This document shows, in pieces, positions 1 through 9,108 of a stretch of DNA of 64,000 nt (positions are counted from its first letter, which is position 1; every line of letters begins with the position of its first letter). The position numbers were made by a program, and so were the translations under genes. This stretch comes from Terriglobia bacterium (GTDB lineage: Bacteria; Acidobacteriota; Polarisedimenticolia; Polarisedimenticolales; JAIQFR01): contig CAVVHE010000004.1 of NCBI GenBank assembly GCA_963748015.1, positions 1,056,001-1,120,000 on the forward strand, read 5' to 3'. The notes under the pieces were generated by a model. It did no database searches and had not been told where the DNA came from. It worked only from the letters and a program-made list of their open reading frames with translations.

Positions 1-659
1 GTCGAGGAGCCAGGCCGTGCAGGCGACGGCGGCGTTGAAGCACGCGGCGAGCAGCGTCGTGCGGACCAGGCCGAGATAGCGGGAGCAGCCACCACCCCGC
101 CACGAAACACCCGACCGCCGCCCCGAGCGTGTTGACGAAGTACAGGAGCCCGACGCCGAGCCCCACCCGGTCCTTCCTCCGCAACAGTCCCTGGCCGAGG
201 GCGGGAAGCGTCGCGCCCATGAGCACGGTGGGCACGAGGAGGAGCGCGATGCAGAGGACGAAGCGGATCGACCGACCGCAGCAGGAAGGAGTCGGGAAGG
301 AGGGGAAACGCCCAGCCGTAGAGGGCGTCCACGACGCGAAGGAGCAGCGGGAGCAGCAGCGCGTACGCGCCGACGCCGGCCTCGAGGAGCGCGAACATCC
401 GGAGCGGCCGCTTCGCTCGCTCGGCCCTCTTCCCGAGGAGCGCCGCGCCGAGCGCCATCCCCCCCATGAACGACACCAGCACGGTGCTCACCGCGAAGGC
501 GGTGACGCCGAAGACCTCCGCCAGCATCCGGCTCCAGACGACCTCGTAGGACAGGCCGCAGGCGCCGCTGACGACGAACAGCCCCGCGAACGGGAGGGCC
601 AGCCTCGGAAGGCCGTCGAGGAGCGCCGGCGGCGCCTGGCCGCGAGGGGTGCCGGTCAC
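1..659 (-). CDS. Fused MFS/spermidine synthase-like membrane protein, N-terminal part (runs off window; apparent indel frameshifts)
   Basis: Manual translation from GTG at 659 (GTGA overlap with upstream stop): FVVSGACGLSYEVVWSRMLAEVFGVTAFAVSTVLVSFMGG...PTVLMGATLPAL...LYFVNTLGAAVG, typical of this family. About three frame changes are needed. Confidence 0.75.
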   Translation of the reverse strand, partial: MTGTPRGQAPPALLDGLPRLALPFAGLFVVSGACGLSYEVVWSRMLAEVFGVTAFAVSTVLVSFMGGMALGAALLGKRAERAKRPLRMFALLEAGVGAYALLLPLLLRVVDALYGWAFPLLPDSFLLRSVDPLRPLHRAPPRAHRAHGRDASRPRPGTVAEEGPGGARRRAPVLRQHARGGGRVFRGGVVAAPAISAWSARRCSPRASTPPSPARPGSS

Positions 660-2610
660 GGCTTCACCGGCTTGATCTTCGCGAGCTCCTGCGCGAAGCC
701 GGGAAGGGCGCGAAGCGGCGCGAGCAGCGGCTCGCTCTCGAGCACCTCGCGGTCGTCGTACCCCTTCGCGATCGCCTCGGCGAGGGCCGCCTTCGCGCCC
801 GGCGGCGTCGCCGAGCGCCGCGCGGCAGAGCGCGCGAACGAGGAGGAACGACGCGACCTCTTCCGGCTTCGCCGTCTTGAGCCCCGCCTCGATCTCGCGC
901 CGCGGCTTCGGCGGTCTTCCCGCCGCGACGAGCGCGAGCGACGAGGCGATAGGTCAGGGCGGACTCTCCCGGCGTGGTGGGCGAGCCCGGCGCGGAAACG
1001 CCTCGACGGCCCGGGCCGGGTCGCCCTTCTTGATCCACAACTCTCCCGCGAGGAGGCTGCCCATGCAGGTTCTCGGGATACCGTGTCTCGATCTCCGTCG
1101 CGAGACGCTCGCGCCGCGTCGAAATCGCCGAGCTGGACCGCCGCCTGCGCGGCGCTCTCGAGCACGTAGCGATTCCCGGGGTCCGCCTTGAGGATGCCCT
1201 TCCAGACCTCAAGGGCGCGCGGCGTAGCTCCTTCGCGCTCCATGAGGTCCCGGCCCTTGAGGATCTCCCCCTCGAGATAGACGAGGTCCTTGGGACTCCT
1301 TCCGCCGCGGCGCTCGGGCGCCACCGTGCCCCCGACGTAGCCGAGGCTCGCGAGCCGCTCGAGCGCCTCGGGTCGAGGGGCGCGGCGGTCGCCTCCGCCG
1401 TGGTCCCCTTCTTTTCCCACGCGGCGAGCCGCGAGCACAGCGCCGCGTCGAGGTCGCCGCGCCTTCTCCTTCTCCAGCGAGATCGCGTTGCTCTTCTCCT
1501 GCGGGTCGGCGTCGAGGTCGAAGAGCTCCGACTCGCTCGACCGGATGTACTTCCACTGGGCCGCGCCGCAACCCCTCGAGGGGGCTCCAGCCGTAGAGCA
1601 GCGAGCCGGCGAGGCTCTCGAAGTAGAGATCCCGCCGCGGGAGCGCCTTCCCGAGCGCGGCGGGCTTCAGGCTGATCCCGTCGAGGCCGCCCGTCAAGGG
1701 AAGGCCGGCGTAGTCGAGGAGCGTGGACGCGACGTCCACGAGGGTCACCGGCTCGGAGACCACGCGCCCTTGGCCTGCCCGGGGGCCTTGAGGAGGAGCG
1801 GCACGTGCAGCGTGCTCTCGTAGACGAGGTTGCAGTGCATCTTCTCGCCGTGGTCGTAGAGCCCCTCGCCGTGGTCCCCCGCGACCAGCACCAGCGTCGA
1901 ATCCCAGATGCCGAGTTTCTTCAGCTCCGCGAGGACGTTGCCGACCTCGGCGTCCACGTAGGCGATCTCGCCGTCGTACGGGACGCTCCCGGAATTTGGC
2001 GGAGTACGGGAAGGGCGGGGCGTACGGAAAGTGGGGATCGAAGTAGTGCAGCCAGAGGAAGAACGGTTTCCCGGAATGCCCGCGCAGCCACTCGAGCCCG
2101 AGGCGCGTCACGTCCGCCGCCTTCCGTTCCGCGTTCATCGGGAGCTTCTTCGCCCCCGGCTCCGAGAACAGGTCCAGGTAGACGTGCGAAACCCTGGCCG
2201 AGCCCGGTGCTTCGGCGGCCACGGGATAGGCCGCGGGGACGGCCGCGGTCGCCCAGCCGGCGTCGGCGAGGCGCCTCGCGACCGTCGCCTTCCCGTCGGG
2301 CAGGCGGAACATGCCGTTGTAGCGGACGCCGTGGACCGGCGGGTATTCCCCGGTGAACATCGAGGAATGGGACGACGAGCGTCACGGGGACGGTCGCGAT
2401 CGCCTCCGTGAAGCGGACGGACTCCCGGGCGAGAGCGTCGAGGTGAGGAGTCGCCGCCCCGCCGTAACCGTAGCAGCCGAGGCGATCCGCCCGCGTGGTG
2501 TCGAGGGTGATCAGCACGATCCCCGACGCGTTCCTCGACGACGAGCAGGAGAGAGCGGCGAGGAGCGCGCCCGCGAGCACGAGAATCTTCGAGGCGCGGG
2601 ACGCGCTCAC
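656..2610 (-). CDS. Sulfatase-like hydrolase/transferase with C-terminal TPRs, probable lipoprotein (frameshifted in this assembly)
   Basis: Pieces across frames: LAALSC lipobox, LITLDTTRADRLGCYG, TLxSHSSMFTG, FFLWLHYFDPH, GDHGEGL, ERLASLGY, then TPR-like helices. GTG start overlaps the upstream stop. Confidence 0.8.
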
Positions 2611-4390
2611 CGGCCGTGGCTCCTGAGCACGTCCGCGTATCCCGGATCGCTCCGGATCGACGCCAGGTCGGGGTCCTTCTCGATGTTGTCCCAGTCGCGG
2701 TAGCCGGCGTCCACCGCCTCGCGGAGCCGCGCGAGGGCTCCCGGCTTGTCCCCCTGGAGCGCGCGGACGCACGCGAGGTCGTAGAAGAGCTCCGGCTCCA
2801 CCGGCCCGATCTCCATCGCGGCGCCGAGCAGCAGCTCCGCCTTCGCGTACTGCTTGGCCATGAACGCGGTGTGGGCCACCCAGTGCAGGCTCTCCTGGCG
2901 CTCGGGGAAGTCGCTCGAGGAGGTTCAGCAACGGCTGCTGGACCACCTGGTCCCGCCCTGCCCCGACCCCGAACAGGACCCGCTGCAGCAGCACGGCGAA
3001 ATTGTCCGGATGGGCCGAGAAAAGCTCCCTCGAGAGATTGGCGGTCCGGAGGCCCTTGTGCTCCGCGAAGTAGAGTCGCAGCTCCGCGAGGCGCGCGAGC
3101 AGCTCGTTGGCCTTCGACGCGTCGAGGCTCGGCGAATCGAGGCTCGCCGGGCCCAGCACGACGCCGGCCTCCTTGAGCTTGCGCCGCGTCTCCGCCGAGA
3201 GCTTGCGCTCGCGCGGCGCCGCGGGACGAGCGTTCGCGGCCTTCGCCTCGGCGCTTGCGGAGGGATCGTCCTTCGATTTCTTCAGGGTTTCCCAGTCGGC
3301 GATCACGAAGCCCCGGGGACCTTCCACGGCCGTCAGCGGCGGCCAGGCGAGCTGGTCGTCCGTCGCCCAGGTCCAGGCGTATCGAGTCCTCGGCGACGGC
3401 TCGCCCGGCCTCCTCAGGTCGCGGCCGTCGGCGCCGGCGGCGCCGCCGCCGCCGATCAGGGCGCGGATCGTCTCGGCGACGTCGGGGAGCCACACCTTGC
3501 GGGCATCCCGCGCTCCGCGGGAGCGAAGCTCCGCTGCTCCCGGCCCCGCCCAGATCAGCGGGACGCGCAGCGTCTCCTTGCGGAGCCAGAACGAATCCCC
3601 TCTCGCCCCGTCCTCCCCGAGCATCGTCCCGTGCGTGCCCACGACGAAGACGTCGGTGCTCGCCTTGCGGCCCGATCGCTCGATCGCCGCGACGATCGAG
3701 GCGATCGCCGCGTCCACCTTGCCGACTCCTTCCCGGTAGGCCTTCGAGGCCTCCTCGACGGTGCCGGTCACCGGAAGCCTGCGAAGCTCGGCGAGATCCA
3801 CCCACCGAAGAAGCTCTTGTCGGCTCCCGACCGAGGAGAGCCACTTGTCGAAGTTGCCAGCCGACCTCCGAAGACGGCCGCGCCGGGAGGATACATCTGC
3901 CCTCCGCCCACGACCCCTTTCGAGGGACCGTCGAACAGGGCGAAACCCCGATCGAGCCCGCTCCCGAACGACACGAACGGCGAGGTCACGAAGGCCGCGG
4001 TCTCCCACCCCTCCCGCTCGCGGCCTCGGCGAGCGTGCGGCGCCTCCGGGCTTCAGCCGATCGGCCACGTTGTCCCGTACGCCCGAGCGGTCGGGGGCGA
4101 GGCCGGTCAGGAGCGCCGCTCGACGCCGGCCGCGCCATCGGGCACGGTGTCGTCGCGTCGTCGAAGACGACGCCGGAGCCGGCAAGGGCGTCGATGCGCA
4201 GGCGTGCTGACCGCGCCGCCGTAGGTCGAGAGCAGATCCGGGCGGAACTCCTCGACCGCGATCAGCACGACGCCGCGCGGGCCTCCGTGCGCCGCGGGCG
4301 CCGCCGACTTCGAAGAGTCCTCGAGGGGGAGCCGCACGACGCCGGCGAGCCACGCCAAACCCAGGACATGGTGACGAGCGATTTTCTCAT
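2607..4390 (-). CDS. Sulfatase-like protein with C-terminal TPR (frameshifted in this assembly)
   Basis: Pieces: VVLIAVEEFRPD, LLTGLAPDRSGVRDN, GLDRGFALFD, VVGTHGTMLGEDG, LRVPLIW; C-terminus LFYDLACVRAL...DPDLASIRSDP. The start at ATG 4390 is approximate. Confidence 0.7.
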
Positions 4391-4434
4391 GATGGGATCT
4401 TATGCGACGGAGAGACCGGCGACAACGTCCGCTC

Positions 4435-4472
4435 AAAAGAGAAGGCCACGGGGCTTCCCCCGTGGCCTTCTC
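4435..4472 (-). terminator. Rho-independent terminator
   Basis: Perfect 15-bp stem (GAGAAGGCCACGGGG 4439-4453 / CCCCGTGGCCTTCTC 4458-4472) with a 4-nt loop, followed by TTTT on the minus strand, about 27 nt after the stop at 4500. Confidence 0.85.
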
Positions 4473-4499
4473 GAGTGGTGCTGTTCGACGAAGCCGAGA

Positions 4500-5374
4500 C
4501 TACTTCTTGGGCTTCTTGTCGATGTTCTTGAACTTCGGATTCGCCAGCGTCGAGTTGCAGCGGACCTGCGTCGTGCCGCCGACGTAGTCGCCCAGCTGCA
4601 GGCCGCTGTCGAAGCTGACCTGCCACGCCAGGAAGAGGTCCTGGTCGGCGGGGGCGGTGGCGCAGTCGAACGTGAAGGCACGCCAGCGAGCCGCCCGTGG
4701 CGGGAACCGTCTGGCCGGTGAACGTCCAGCCGGCAGCCGCGACGGACGGACGGGTCGTGCCGAAGGCGCGCATCAGGCGGAGGCCGCTGAGGGTCGCCGT
4801 CGGGGCGGCTGTCGGAATCGCTGAACAGCCGTTCACGATCGGGGGCGCCGTGACGCTCATGGTGAGAACCGTCCCGGCCTTCCCGGTCACCGCGACCTGG
4901 CGGATTCGGGATCTCGATCGCGTTGACGTTCGCGCGACCGACGAGCAGCGACAGATCGAAGGTCACCGCGGGACCGAACTGCTCGACGCTCCGCCACGCG
5001 ACAAAGGCCGAGCCCGTGGCGGTCTGGGCCTGCACGAGAGCGATAATCGCATTCGGCGGGGCAGAGGAAGACGTCGCCGATTCCCGAGGAACCCATTCAT
5101 GTAGTACCGGTTCGGGCGCCGTCGGTGAACCATACCGGGTCGGTCCAGTTGGAGACCCCGTAGCGCTCCCTCGTTGCCGAGGGCCCGGTTGCCGGCCTGC
5201 CAGAAGCGGCCGACGAGCGGCGCCGGGGACCCAGTCCGCCGGGAAGAACGTGTAGGTGAAAGTGCCGTCGCTCCCGAGCTGCCCGAACTGCTTCTCCGGG
5301 AGGCACGAGGCGCTAGCAGGCATCGCGGCGAGGACCGCGACCGCCAGAACCGCAAGAACGAGAATCTTCTTCAT
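4500..5374 (-). CDS. Secreted beta-rich hypothetical protein with basic C-terminal tail (several apparent indels)
   Basis: RBS GGGGGAGG; Sec signal MKKILVLAVLAVAVLAAMPASA-. Coding-like segments join across frames to ...FDCATAPADQDLFLAWQVSFDSGLQLGDYVGGTTQVRCNSTLANPKFKNIDKKPKK* (TAG 4500-4502). Confidence 0.75.
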
Positions 5375-5396
5375 GATTTCTTAACCTCCCCCTGGC

Positions 5397-6063
5397 TCAG
5401 TAGTGAGACGGAGTGTAATTGACCGTCGTGTTCATCTTGACGAAATAGGCTTCGCCGGGAGTCAGCGGGTAGTCCGCGCCCGACCCCTTGCGGCCCGTGT
5501 AGGTCTGGAGGCCGTCGCTCGACTTCAGGAACTTCTGGACGCTCGCGACGTTGGCGAGGCCGATGTCGTCCATCAGCCCCTTCGCGGTGGCGGCGGTCTG
5601 GTGGTAGTTGTACGCGAAGAAGTTCGTGCCGGACTTCGACGTGCCGGCCAGCGTCGCGTTGCAGCGTGTAGGCCAGCGTCGGGTTGTCCGAGCCCACCAC
5701 GATGTAGTTGGTCGTGGTGTTCATCTTGACGAACAGCCCCTCGCCGGCCACCATCCCGTAGTCGGCGCCGGACCCCTTGCGGCCCGTGTAGGTCTGGAGG
5801 CCGTCGCTCGACTTCAGGAACTTCTGAACGCTCGCGATGTTGGCGAGACCGACGTCGTCCATCAGGTTCTTCGCGGTGTTCAGACCGGTCTGCCGGTTGT
5901 CCGGCAGCGCCAGCGTGGCCGTGCCGCTCTTCGAGACGCCGGCGGTCGTCTGGGTCAGGGGGTAATTCAGCTTGAATCCCATGTTGGAGGCAAGGAGGCC
6001 ACCCGCCATGACCACCACGGCAAGGGCGACTACCATCACCCCGACGAACGTTCTCTTGCTCAT
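5397..6063 (-). CDS. Secreted protein made of two ~96-aa internal repeats (one extra base near 5661)
   Basis: RBS GGAGGAGAAGGA; signal peptide MSKRTFVGVMVVALAVVVMAGGLLA-SNMGFKLNY. The segment ASVQKFLKSSDGLQTYTGRKGSGADY occurs twice; ends NYTPSHY* (TGA 5397-5399). Confidence 0.8.
5482..5826. repeat. 56-bp perfect direct repeat (5482-5537 and 5771-5826) inside the two-repeat secreted protein
   Basis: GACCCCTTGCGGCCCGTGTAGGTCTGGAGGCCGTCGCTCGACTTCAGGAACTTCTG present twice, 289 nt apart. Confidence 0.9.
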
Positions 6064-6133
6064 TCCTTCTCCTCCGAGGTCATTGCCACACCCGGTTACG
6101 TAGCCCGAGTCTCCCTCCCTGGCTCCGCCCCCG

Positions 6134-6194
6134 CGCGTGGACTCATTTTCCACGCGATCCCGCCTTAATGTACGAGAAAGGGCGGAAACGTCAA
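6134..6194 (-). promoter_or_regulatory. Sigma70-like promoter plus 5'-UTR hairpin for the 6063/5374 operon
   Basis: TTGACG (6194-6189) - 16 nt - TACATT (6172-6167); 8-bp hairpin CGCGTGGA/TCCACGCG at 6134-6156, just downstream of the predicted start site. Confidence 0.55.
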
Positions 6195-6249
6195 GGAGAA
6201 ATCCCCCCCGTTTCCTGGCGCAGCGGGTTTTGCGAAAGTTAGACAAAGG

Positions 6250-6726
6250 TTAGTCGATCCTATAGAAAACGATGTCGGAACCGTCTCTCACCGCGTCGGC
6301 ATACGCGCCGTTCTGGACCTTGACGCCGCGGCCGCAGTCGAACTTGTTCGGGACGTTCGACTTGCAGATGTAGTGGCTCTTCTGCCCGTTGGCGATGTTG
6401 AACACCACCTGGCCGTCCCGCTTCTCCACGAAGAGCCTCAGGGACTTCGACGAAACGTATGTGCCGGCGTGCCCCAGGAGCAGCACGAGGGCCGCGCCCA
6501 GCATGACCGGAAGCGCTCCGGCCAAAGCCAGCCTGCGCGCCGGCACGAACAGGGAGGCTGGCGCCGCCGGATCGTGAGCGGGGTCCAGGGTCTCGTCGAC
6601 GATCCTCGTGCGGGAGTGGCCGCTCAAGGACTCGTCTCCACCCCGGCTACCCTGCCACTCGGCGATGGCCCGGTCGAGGACCGCCCCGCCGCGGTCCCGG
6701 TCGTGATTCCTTCGAGTCCAGAGCAT
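6250..6726 (-). CDS. Single-pass membrane protein, anti-sigma-factor-like topology
   Basis: RBS AAGGGAG before ATG 6726; short charged N-terminal region, one TM (LALAGALPVMLGAALVLLLG), and a small beta-rich C-terminal domain ending DIVFYRID. Confidence 0.6.
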   Translation of the reverse strand: MLWTRRNHDRDRGGAVLDRAIAEWQGSRGGDESLSGHSRTRIVDETLDPAHDPAAPASLFVPARRLALAGALPVMLGAALVLLLGHAGTYVSSKSLRLFVEKRDGQVVFNIANGQKSHYICKSNVPNKFDCGRGVKVQNGAYADAVRDGSDIVFYRID

Positions 6727-6825
6727 CGGCGTTTCTCCCTTTACACAGGGATCTACCGGCGAGAGGGGCGGCGCGTTCAACGCTGATCGAAGAAAAAGAA
6801 GGTGGCCCGCGACCCGGAGCGGGGT

Positions 6826-9108
6826 CTATCGCCTAAACCTAGGCATACGAAGGACATCCAGCACGTTCGAATAATCATCCGTCCAGAGATACCGTGGGTC
6901 TTCGCCCGGGGCGGCCCAGCGTGGGTCTCGGGCCAGGACCTCGAGGCGAGCGGGCCCCCGGGCCAGGACCGCCCAGGTGGACCCGTCCTTCCCCTCGAAC
7001 AGCTCCTTGGGGGCCTCGACCCTGTCCGTGCGGACGAACACGGCGAGGTCCAGGCTCCGCGCGACCGCGCCGATCACCGGGGCCAGGTTCATGAACCCGT
7101 TGGTCAGGTGGACCGCCAGGATCCCGTCCGGCGAGAGCTTCCTTAGGTAGAGCTCGACGGCCTCGCGCGTCAGCAGGTGCACCGGGATCGCGTCCGAGCT
7201 GAACGCGTCGAGGACGATGAGACCGTACTTCCCGTCGGGCTCGCGTCCGAGGAGCAGGCGGCCGTCGCCGGGCACGGTCTCGATGGCCGCCTTCGAGTCG
7301 GCCAGGTAGGTGAAGAAGCGCGGGTCGCGCGCGATCCGGATCACGGCGGGGTCGATCTCGAAGTACGTGAAGCGCTGCCCGGGGAGCCCGTACGCGGCGA
7401 TCGTCCCCGCGCCGAGGCCGACGAGACCGATCTCCCCCGGCGGAGGCGAGGGAAGGAGCTCGGAGAAGACCTGCCCGAGCGGTCCGCTCGGGTGGTAGTA
7501 GGTCGTCGGCACGCCGCGGAGATCCGCGTCGAGCGCCTGCGTGCCGTGCCGCGTCGCGCCGTGGATCAGGACGTGGAACTCGACCTGCCGGGCCGTCTCG
7601 CGCCCGCCCGCGTCCACCAGCTTGAAGGGCAGTCCGACCGTCGTCGCGACGCGGTGAACGCCGAAGAACGTCCTCTCGCGGTGGAGGCTCGCCGTGGGCG
7701 CGGCGCTCTCCATCCAGCCTCCGACGAGCAGCACCGAGAGCGCCAGCGCGAACCTCGTGCGCCAGCCGATCAGCGCCAGCGCGATGAGAGCCGGCCCGCC
7801 GGCGCGGACGGCGAGCACGCCCCAGGAACCCTCGTTCCCCGGAGCGGGACGGAGAAGCTGCAGGAAGAGGAGCAGCCCCGCGAACGCCAGCGGTACCGCG
7901 AGATCGAGAAGGCGCGACGCGCGCGAGGGCGCGCGCGAGGCCTCTTCCTTCCAGCGCGGGCGCAGAAGGCACGCGGCCGCGAGCGCGATCGGGTACTCGG
8001 CGACGCTGCGGAAGATCGCGGGGGCGAGCAGCGCGTTGAACACGCCGCCCAGCGCCCCGCCCAGCGCGACGAGGAGGTAGAACTCGGTCAGGCGGCTCGC
8101 GCGCGGCCGCTCCTCCGCGAGGCGGCCGTGGCAGGTCAAGCCGATGGCGAAGAGCGTCGCCAGGTGGAGCGGGAGCAGCAGGAACCCCTTCCCGCGGGTC
8201 GAGGCCATGAAGCTCGCCGCCACGAGCGCCGCGAGCACGGCGAGAACCGTTCCGCTGTGCCGCGCAGGAACCCGCCATCGCGGCGAGAAGACCAGGACGA
8301 ACGTCAGGAGGTAGATCGCGAGCGGGACCACCCAGAGGAGCGGCACCGCCGCGATGTCCGAGGTGACGTACTGCGTCGTGCCGAGGAGGGCGCTCGACGG
8401 CACCAGCGCGAGGAGCACCCAGAGCAGGCGCCGGCGCCACGACGGCGCGTCGTCCGCGTCGTGCTCCACCGCGATGGCAGGCGCGGCCGCGGGGCCCGCG
8501 CTCCTCGCCGCGGCGACGGCGCAGGCCGCGGCGGCGACGCCGAACGCGGCGTAGCCGGCCGACCAGAGCGTGCTCTGCGAGAGCGCGCCGGCGGCCGCCG
8601 CGGCCCTAAGCGGCCAGCGCGGCTCGATCACCAGCGGGTAGAGGAGCAGCCCGGCCAGACTCCCCGCGTTGCTCGCGGCGTAGAGGAAGTACGGATCGGA
8701 CGCCCTCGCGTGCCCGCTCCCCGAGAACCAGCGCTGGAGGAGCGGCCCGGTCGTCGAGAGGACGAAGAACGGCGCGCCGGCGACGAGCGCGAGCGTGCCG
8801 AGCATCCAGGGGATCGGGCTCCCCTCCCCCCGCGGCGCGGCGCCGAGGGGTAGGGCGAGCGGCAGCGCGAGCATCGACAGGGCGAGGACCGCGGCGTGCG
8901 TCAGCGCCTGCGCGCGCGGGTTTAGGCGGCGCGTCAGCAGGTGCGCGTAGGCGTATCCCGCCAGGAGCACCGCCTGGTAGAAGACCATGCAGGTGTTCCA
9001 GACGGCGGGGCTCCCGCCGAGGAGCGGCAGCAGCATCTTCGCGACCATCGGCTCGACGGTGAAGAGCAGCAGCGCGCTCAGCAGGGTGACGAGAACGTAG
9101 AGGATCAT
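6826..9108 (-). CDS. Fused MFS/spermidine synthase-like protein
   Basis: LLFTVEPMVAKMLLPLLGGSPAVWNTCMVFYQ, DPYFLYAASNAGS, GLVGLGAGT, FEIDPAV, LDAFSSDAIPVHLLTREA, WTDDYSN. ATGA overlap with the upstream stop. Confidence 0.9.
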   Translation of the reverse strand: MILYVLVTLLSALLLFTVEPMVAKMLLPLLGGSPAVWNTCMVFYQAVLLAGYAYAHLLTRRLNPRAQALTHAAVLALSMLALPLALPLGAAPRGEGSPIPWMLGTLALVAGAPFFVLSTTGPLLQRWFSGSGHARASDPYFLYAASNAGSLAGLLLYPLVIEPRWPLRAAAAAGALSQSTLWSAGYAAFGVAAAACAVAAARSAGPAAAPAIAVEHDADDAPSWRRRLLWVLLALVPSSALLGTTQYVTSDIAAVPLLWVVPLAIYLLTFVLVFSPRWRVPARHSGTVLAVLAALVAASFMASTRGKGFLLLPLHLATLFAIGLTCHGRLAEERPRASRLTEFYLLVALGGALGGVFNALLAPAIFRSVAEYPIALAAACLLRPRWKEEASRAPSRASRLLDLAVPLAFAGLLLFLQLLRPAPGNEGSWGVLAVRAGGPALIALALIGWRTRFALALSVLLVGGWMESAAPTASLHRERTFFGVHRVATTVGLPFKLVDAGGRETARQVEFHVLIHGATRHGTQALDADLRGVPTTYYHPSGPLGQVFSELLPSPPPGEIGLVGLGAGTIAAYGLPGQRFTYFEIDPAVIRIARDPRFFTYLADSKAAIETVPGDGRLLLGREPDGKYGLIVLDAFSSDAIPVHLLTREAVELYLRKLSPDGILAVHLTNGFMNLAPVIGAVARSLDLAVFVRTDRVEAPKELFEGKDGSTWAVLARGPARLEVLARDPRWAAPGEDPRYLWTDDYSNVLDVLRMPRFRR

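Noticed and set aside
1..6063. Pseudogene cluster
   Set aside because: Indel-only damage, intact expression signals and the positional gradient favour sequencing error.
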